A stretch of 52,427 bases of DNA from positions 1 to 52,427 of the forward strand of contig JABCTC010000024.1 in NCBI GenBank assembly GCA_018238545.1. The letters run 5' to 3'. Shown one piece after another: positions 46,156 to 52,427 of this stretch (position 1 is its first letter; the number at the start of each line of letters is the position of its first letter). This DNA is from Candidatus Heimdallarchaeota archaeon (GTDB lineage: Archaea; Asgardarchaeota; Heimdallarchaeia; Heimdallarchaeales; Heimdallarchaeaceae). Below the pieces are notes generated by a model. That model saw only the letters and a program-made list of their open reading frames with translations. It was not told the origin of the DNA and did no database searches. The translations under genes and the position numbers were made by a program.

Positions 46156-46854
46156 TTAATCGTCATCTGAAGAATATTTATCAACGATATATTCACCAAG
46201 AATTCGAAACGCTTCATCAATATTTTCTCCAGTTTTTGCAGATGTTTCAAGAAAGAAGTTCTCGATTTTGTGCTCTTTTGTTTTCTTGTTGAGCTCTTCA
46301 ATGAACTCTTGAGCTTCTTTTACTGTAACTGCATGGTCTTCAAGATCCATTTTGTTTGAAAGGATGATGACTGGAACTACCCCTCTTCCACTATATTGAT
46401 ACAACTCTTGAATCCAATTAGTAAGATTGTGAAAGGTTTCTTTTCTTGTAATATCAAATACTGCTAAAGCTCCAAAACACCCTTTAAAAAATCGAGGGCG
46501 GACATTCTTAAACATGGGTTGCCCAGCTAGATCCCAAATCTGATACTTAATCTGGTAGTTGTCGATGGTTTTTGTAGTTGCTGCAAAATCAGCTCCTAGT
46601 GTTGTCAGATGCTCTTTTTCAAATCCTAGACCCAGATAATTATTTCGAATTGAAGTTTTACCAACTGCAGAATCACCAATTAAAACTATTTTTACCATAT
46701 ATGCATTCAATTGCTGTGATTCAGTACTTTGACCTTCAATTTCATTGGAGTCTTTCTCTTCTTTTGTATGCTTCTTAATATTGTCTTCAAAGAGAACTAC
46801 CCCTTTATCTGACCCCTTATCAGACTTCTTTGGAGATTTCTTTTTATCGGACAT
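46156..46854 (-). CDS. Rab-like small GTPase
   Basis: GDSAVGKT, TLGADF, WDLAGQ, NKMD and ETSAK. Confidence 0.92.
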   Translation of the reverse strand: MSDKKKSPKKSDKGSDKGVVLFEDNIKKHTKEEKDSNEIEGQSTESQQLNAYMVKIVLIGDSAVGKTSIRNNYLGLGFEKEHLTTLGADFAATTKTIDNYQIKYQIWDLAGQPMFKNVRPRFFKGCFGALAVFDITRKETFHNLTNWIQELYQYSGRGVVPVIILSNKMDLEDHAVTVKEAQEFIEELNKKTKEHKIENFFLETSAKTGENIDEAFRILGEYIVDKYSSDDD

Positions 46855-46982
46855 ATTATCAGCCTACATTGATTTTTATTAATATAAAAAGATGTGCCTT
46901 ACTTTTTCAAACATTGTTTAGTATCAAAATTCAGCAATGTATTAACGAGATTTTTATTAAAGCAAGGATTCTTGTTAGTATA

Positions 46983-48059
46983 ATGAAGATTTGTAGTTAT
47001 GATCGGAAGGATTTGCCAGAAATGACCTCTCTTATCAACATATGTTTTAAAACAAAATATGATACAGCATTTTTTGAAAAATCGATTTTTCAGAGACCAG
47101 AAATTGATTTTGAGGGTTCTATCGTTATAAAAAAAGATAATGAAATAATAGCTAATACAACATTAACAAGAAGAAAATTAAGATTTCAAAAGGAGGAATT
47201 GGATTTATTGGCTATTGATTATGTAGTTACACATCCAAATCACAGGGGAAAAGGGCTTGCAAAAACAATGATGAACCGGTCTATAGATTATGCAAAAGAG
47301 AAAGGTTTGGATGGTCTTTTTCTATCTGCAGATCCTAAATATCATGCAAGAGACATATATGCAAAAATTGGCTTTCAAGAAGTAGAACAAGCTTCAGTAG
47401 CGGTTAGAATGACAGATTATGCCGCAACATGGTCTGGTTTCGAATTACCCTACAAATTGCTTGTTCTTTCATTACCTCTCTCCAAAACAATAAATATTTT
47501 TCATAAGAAATCGAATTTGCCAGTAAATTTTGCAGATGAATCTGACATTGATTCTTTCTTAAAAAGTGTGAAAGATTATTTTGGTGACAATTTTGGATAT
47601 ACTTCTTTAACCCAAGAAAAGTGGGGATGGATAAAAAATTGTTCTATAAATGAAAACTTCCCAATAGCTCTGATGGTTATGTTAAACGATGAAATAATTG
47701 CTGGATGTCGTGTTAGTATATTTCAACCATCTTTTGCTAAAATCAACCCGTTTGTAGGAATCATTTCAGATATTTTTGCAAAAGTTGAAAGTAGAAAAAA
47801 ACAGAAACAGTTGATGAGAAACCTTGTGCTCCAGTCAATTGAGATTCTCAAAGAACATACCATACCGACAGTTATTTCTATAGTTTCGAAATCTTCACCA
47901 GCTTCAGAATCTCTAGTAGATTCAGGTTTCTTCATGCTTGAAAAGATAGCATACATGTTTTATCCTTTAACTCAGAAATTGAAAGATAACTTAAAACGAG
48001 CAGAGATTGAAGATATTCCTTGGTATTATATTCAGGAACACCTCTTAGGAATGCCTTGA
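46983..48059 (+). CDS. GNAT acetyltransferase (Eis-like, tandem domains)
   Basis: VVTHPNHRGKGLA and YAKIGF; start re-assigned to ATG 46983. Confidence 0.82.
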   Translation: MKICSYDRKDLPEMTSLINICFKTKYDTAFFEKSIFQRPEIDFEGSIVIKKDNEIIANTTLTRRKLRFQKEELDLLAIDYVVTHPNHRGKGLAKTMMNRSIDYAKEKGLDGLFLSADPKYHARDIYAKIGFQEVEQASVAVRMTDYAATWSGFELPYKLLVLSLPLSKTINIFHKKSNLPVNFADESDIDSFLKSVKDYFGDNFGYTSLTQEKWGWIKNCSINENFPIALMVMLNDEIIAGCRVSIFQPSFAKINPFVGIISDIFAKVESRKKQKQLMRNLVLQSIEILKEHTIPTVISIVSKSSPASESLVDSGFFMLEKIAYMFYPLTQKLKDNLKRAEIEDIPWYYIQEHLLGMP

Positions 48060-48070
48060 AATTATCCTGT

Positions 48071-48793
48071 CTATTCGTGTATTTCTGGGATTCTATGTAT
48101 AATGAGATGGTTTTTTGCTAATTTTCCTAATTCCTTTGCTTGAGACACTGAGAGATGATAGTTAGATGGCTCTCCTTCATGTGTGCCTTCTATAATAGCT
48201 AAATCTGCGCCTGTGATGTGTGATCTGAGCAATTCAAAATAACCCGTATCACCCGTATATACAATGGTTTCTTCTTTCTTGCTGATAATGAAGCCTATTG
48301 CAGGAATTTTAGGGAGTTCATCACCACCAATAAGAGAGCCCCGATGTTTAACTGGGAAGGACTTAATAGTAATATCTTGAACAGTTTGTTCTGAATCAAT
48401 TTCTATGATTTCATACTCGAAAGGTATGCTGTCTGCATAACTGTCTTGAAAGGTTCTAACCAAACCTAGAAGTTCTATAACACTAGGTGAAGACATTATT
48501 CTCAATCTTTTCTTTCGATTAAGCATCCTGAAAAAAGCCAGAAGAGAAAAGATACTTCCGACATGATCAAAATGACCATGAGATATTAATACAGTGTCAA
48601 TGTTATCATAATAAGTTCTAGGAAGCGCGATAAGGTCTCTAAGGATGCCGTCCCCTACATCCATTAAAATGTTGGAACCTGTATCAATGTCATTTACTAA
48701 AATTTGCGTAGCAACACCAGCTAAAGAGCAGAGTATTTTAACATGGAAATGCTGCCCTTTCCAGTCCCAGTTAACCTTAATATCAGAAGGCAT
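48071..48793 (-). CDS. Metallo-beta-lactamase fold hydrolase (RNase Z-like)
   Basis: MDVGDG, SHGHFDH, YTGDT, EGT and terminal His motifs. Confidence 0.85.
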   Translation of the reverse strand: MPSDIKVNWDWKGQHFHVKILCSLAGVATQILVNDIDTGSNILMDVGDGILRDLIALPRTYYDNIDTVLISHGHFDHVGSIFSLLAFFRMLNRKKRLRIMSSPSVIELLGLVRTFQDSYADSIPFEYEIIEIDSEQTVQDITIKSFPVKHRGSLIGGDELPKIPAIGFIISKKEETIVYTGDTGYFELLRSHITGADLAIIEGTHEGEPSNYHLSVSQAKELGKLAKNHLIIHRIPEIHE

Positions 48794-48864
48794 ACATTAC
48801 AAAGAACATGAGTGCAAATATCTCTTTCTATTTTTCCGATATCTTTTTACTTTAATATTGAATA

Positions 48865-49884
48865 ATGAGCATAGTGAGTGCTTTGAATAAAATGGTTGTT
48901 CGATTTCTAAAGAAGTATTCAGAAAAGCTTGAAAAGAAGCAGAGATTCCATTTTGCAGCAAAAATGGTTTATTACGCATATAAAATATCTGAAAAAGAAC
49001 TTGAACTATTGTTGAAAAGCGCATCCTTAGAGATTAAAGCAAAAAAACACTCTCTTTCTATTCCATTGTTACAACAATTCCTAATACATGATCCAAACTC
49101 ATTGAAAGCTATGCTTCTTCTAGGTATAGCTTATAGACAAATAGGAAACTACGGGGAGGCAATCAAAGTGCACTTGAAAAGTCTAGAGCAAGATGAAGAT
49201 CCGGTTAGGGCTCATTATTCGTTGGGAATAGATTACGAGAAAAAGGGCAACAATGAAACGGCAAAAAGATACTACACTAAAGCAATAGAGTTAGATAAAG
49301 CATTTACAAAAGCATACTTTAGACTAGCAAATATTTACATGAAAGAAGAAAAATATGATTTAGCTGTAAGTTTGCATATAGATGGGTTATCATTAAGGGA
49401 GGGGTCAGTAAATGAATGGATAAATCTAGCATATTGCTATATAAAAACAGCAAGACATGAAGCAGCACTGAAGGTGTTAAAGGAAGCACTAAAATTAAAT
49501 CCAGGATCAGCAAAAGTAATATTTGCCTTTGGAACATATTATCTGAGTCAACATAAATATGAAAAGGTGGAGGAGATGATAGATAAACTAGATACAATGA
49601 AAGATAGGGAGTTCTGTCTAGCACTGAAAATTAAAGTGGCGAAGGATAAACACCAATATGAAGAACTAAAGGAGATACTAGAGGTAATAAAAAGAAAAGA
49701 AAGAGAAGCGGAGTACTGGTACTATAAAGCGGTATATTATACAAATACAGGGAAAGAAAAGAAGGCAATAAAAGAACTGAGGAAAGCGATAAGGGAAAAT
49801 AAGGCGATGAAAGAAGAAGCGAAAAAAGAAGAGCAGTTTGCGAAAATAAGAGAAAAAGAAGAGTTTAAAGAAATAGTAAAATAA
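48865..49884 (+). CDS. Tetratricopeptide repeat protein
   Basis: Canonical TPR units (LGIAYRQIGNYGEAI, LGIDYEKKG, NLAYCY). Confidence 0.88.
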   Translation: MSIVSALNKMVVRFLKKYSEKLEKKQRFHFAAKMVYYAYKISEKELELLLKSASLEIKAKKHSLSIPLLQQFLIHDPNSLKAMLLLGIAYRQIGNYGEAIKVHLKSLEQDEDPVRAHYSLGIDYEKKGNNETAKRYYTKAIELDKAFTKAYFRLANIYMKEEKYDLAVSLHIDGLSLREGSVNEWINLAYCYIKTARHEAALKVLKEALKLNPGSAKVIFAFGTYYLSQHKYEKVEEMIDKLDTMKDREFCLALKIKVAKDKHQYEELKEILEVIKRKEREAEYWYYKAVYYTNTGKEKKAIKELRKAIRENKAMKEEAKKEEQFAKIREKEEFKEIVK

Positions 49885-49905
49885 TGGTGAGGGAAAGAAA
49901 AAATA

Positions 49906-50457
49906 TTAGTATTTCAAATCTTTTTCCAATTCCTTCTTCAATTTATTAACATCTACTCCAGCTAAATAAAGTAGTTCGGTATCATGCGTCCAAATGGTGA
50001 ATAAGAGGTAAACATTAGAATCATCGTGAAGATGTTTTTGGTAAACAATGGTGAATAATTCCATCAACTTGTTTCTAGTTTGTTGAAAAAGAGTTCTAGC
50101 ATGTTCGAGTGAAGTCATTTTGTGCTCTTCAAGTATCTTCTCTGTGTATTTAGCTGTACCAAGCTTAACTAATTCTCCTTCATAATCCTTGTGTTTTCCA
50201 TTAATAATCAATTCAGCAACTTTCACCATTTCTTTATCATAACCCCAAACTGAAAGAAGTAACTCTCTTAAACCTCCAATGCTCGGCAATGAAATGCTTT
50301 CTGATAAATGTTCTAGTTTATCCGTTGTTTCAAGAAAATTTTCTGCATATTTAGACAACGCCATTTGAAATATTTGCGTAAGTGGATTGGTAAAGAAACC
50401 AAACTTCTTTCGTATCGCATTTCTTAGTTGTTCTTTTGCAGATTGCATAATGTCCAC
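49906..50457 (-). CDS. Hypothetical helical protein (possibly DinB-like)
   Basis: 183-aa ORF; helical pattern ending WTHD. Confidence 0.55.
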   Translation of the reverse strand: MDIMQSAKEQLRNAIRKKFGFFTNPLTQIFQMALSKYAENFLETTDKLEHLSESISLPSIGGLRELLLSVWGYDKEMVKVAELIINGKHKDYEGELVKLGTAKYTEKILEEHKMTSLEHARTLFQQTRNKLMELFTIVYQKHLHDDSNVYLLFTIWTHDTELLYLAGVDVNKLKKELEKDLKY

Positions 50458-51089
50458 ATTACTAGAAATAAGATTTAAACTTTAGTACCAAAGATGAAAG
50501 AAAACAAAAACAAAGGTGGAAAAAAGGACAAGGAAAAGGAGATATGAAATGGCTTTCTACGGACTGTAACACCAGTAGACTAAGCTTGGTAAACTTTTTT
50601 ATAGTATATTGTGCACTAGTTATACTAAGAAGAGCTTTCTTCTTAGAATTTTCAATAAGAGGGTTAAATTAGCTGAGTGTATATCTAATAAAGCTCAGGA
50701 GTTGATATGTGATTAGTAATGAAAGACACACACACCAATTACAATTAACAAAGAGATGGATAAGATCAAGAATCGTGAATTTTATGAACAAAAAACCTCG
50801 AAAGATTTCACTCAATCTCTTGCTAATTGAGATTGAGCTTACAAGAGCTGAGTTTGTATTTCTGTGCATTGGCATTGGAACAGGGTTATTCATCAGACTG
50901 TGGATACCCATATAATATGATTAAGAGATGGAACGACAGGGGGAAATTTTCCCCCTTATCACATTACTATATACAGATGATTTGGATATAATCAAAACAA
51001 AATGTTGAAGATAAGAAAAATTAACATCTAAAAGATAGAAAGGTTTTTTAGAAAAAGAAGGAAAGGAAAAGTAGCAAAAACAGCAACAA

Positions 51090-51163
51090 GCGGAGATAGC
51101 AAAGACGTTATGCAGTGGTCTGCAAAACCACCAACCGGAGTTCAAATCTCCGTCTCCGCTCCA
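51090..51163 (+). tRNA. tRNA-Cys(GCA)
   Basis: GCGGAGA/TCTCCGC stem, loop CTGCAAA, U73 and encoded CCA. Confidence 0.93.
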
Positions 51164-51257
51164 TCTACTTCTATTTTACTAGAGTTTTTCTTTATCGGCT
51201 TGTTAGCAAAACGGCCATGCCTCGCATACTATGAAGCTTTCTAACACTTACATGTGT

Positions 51258-52427
51258 TTAGTTCTGCTTATTGGGTGCCCCCAAGCTCCTCGTATGCGGA
51301 GAGGAGCGATTTTGTAATTCTAATTTTTTTAGGCCTTTTTCTACAATATTCTTCGCTGCGTTTGTATGTGTATTTACCTTTTTCCCACATTTTTTACATG
51401 GTGCTATATCATAGTGATTCCTCGGGTCTCTCTCTATCTTTCCACCACATTTGTTATGATACTTGCTTGTTCCTCTTTGATCAACTGTCACTAATTGCAC
51501 TTTATATCCAAGTATACTTGATGCTAATGCAGTTGCTTTTTCAAATAGCATTCTATTCTTTGGCATACTGTTAATTGCTTTTGCAAGTGCACCCCTTTTG
51601 CCTCTGGGGTCATTTTCTATGTCTTCCATAAAGAAGATTTTGCATTGGCTCTTGATAATAACAGCTGCAAGAAAGTGTGGAATGAGGTTTCTTATCTCTT
51701 TTACTATGTTTCTTTTTCGTTTGTGAATTCGACTAAGTTCTCCTTTTGTTTTATAATAACCGGCTATTTTCTTCTGTTTTGCTTTGCATGTTAAACTGAA
51801 ATGTAGCTCTGGTATCTTTCTTTTGTCTAGTATTCTATATCTCTCAAAAAGAACCTTGTATCTCTTAGGTAATTTCACTTCATTCGATAATGCCAACATA
51901 TGTTCTCCTATACGATTCACATCTAAACCAATAAAATCAGTTTTTGAAGTTTTAATGACTTTTAGAAACTCTTTAACTAATTTATAGTTTAGGAAGGTTT
52001 CTTCTGATCCTTCTAGAAATACATAAACACGTATCTTGTATCCCGGAGCTCTTTCGCCCCTTATACCTAAACATTTGATTTTTGCTCCTTTGATTAAATA
52101 CTCTCTTACTTGTTTTGGAAATACCAGTTTTCCAGTTATCCTTGGATGATCTTTGAGTGGAAACCCCAGATCAAATTCTCCATCAGCTTTTGCTAAAAAG
52201 GTCATGTAGCTAGCATCTCCTGGTCTCATTACCACAAATCTTTCATTCATCATCAATAGTATCGGTATTCTTCCTTTCTTTCTTCTGCTAAATGGTGGTT
52301 TAATCAATTTCTCTGGTTGGGCTTTTTTTATCAAATCATGAACAGTCTTTCCTATATCTGGAAAGAGTGCGAAGACTACAAACGTTCTTAATGCAGAAAA
52401 TAGACTTCTGTTTTTATTACCCAAAGC
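51258..52427 (-). mobile_element. tnpB: TnpB/Cas12f-like RuvC + Zn-finger protein (IS200/IS605/IS607-type); 5'-truncated by the window
   Basis: IGLDVN, FMED, TSKYHNKCG and CKKCG...NAAKNI; frame open to the window edge. Confidence 0.8.

Noticed and set aside
49500-49884. Extreme purine-rich tracts (also 3360-3848 and 51000-51090)
   Set aside because: Within genes they are largely explained by E/K/I-rich helical proteins with A-ending codons; no discrete repeat unit.
50669-51145. Short ORFs between the DinB-like gene and tRNA-Cys
   Set aside because: No motifs, they overlap each other or the tRNA, and coding status is unsupported.

Overview
AT-rich archaeal chromosomal segment, most likely from an Asgard archaeon (Heimdallarchaeia-like by inference). 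The evidence is a Rab-like GTPase, a gelsolin-domain protein, a roadblock protein, a Urm1-like modifier and a divergent EF-2 paralogue, set among core archaeal genes: cdc6/orc1, PolD DP1 and DP2 (DP2 with a LAGLIDADG intein), topA, tgtA, aglB, EF-1A, the ftsY-pfdA-eL20-aIF6-eL31-eL39-eS19 cluster and three tRNAs. The first ~7.8 kb is an accessory region holding the most novel signal. It contains five unannotated 18-23 aa micro-ORFs (consensus M-x-K-Q-[TK]-Y-D-P-[DE]-x-G-D-x-x-I-[GL]-P-P-x-W-x-P), each with a conserved upstream TGTCA/GAGTGAT architecture and a T-rich 3' tract. They flank two paralogous 529-aa all-helical TPR-like proteins, making a candidate peptide/receptor system. Other highlights: a candidate oriC (inverted ORBs around an AT-rich tract, a third ORB nearer cdc6, and two unexplained repeat families), a probable programmed -1 frameshift fusing a MoxR AAA+ ATPase to a VWA protein, a C/D box sRNA predicted to guide Cm34 of tRNA-Leu(CAA), and a TnpB-like nuclease with an altered catalytic residue and a pseudoknotted omega-RNA-like 3' end. 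All calls were made by eye, without database searches.
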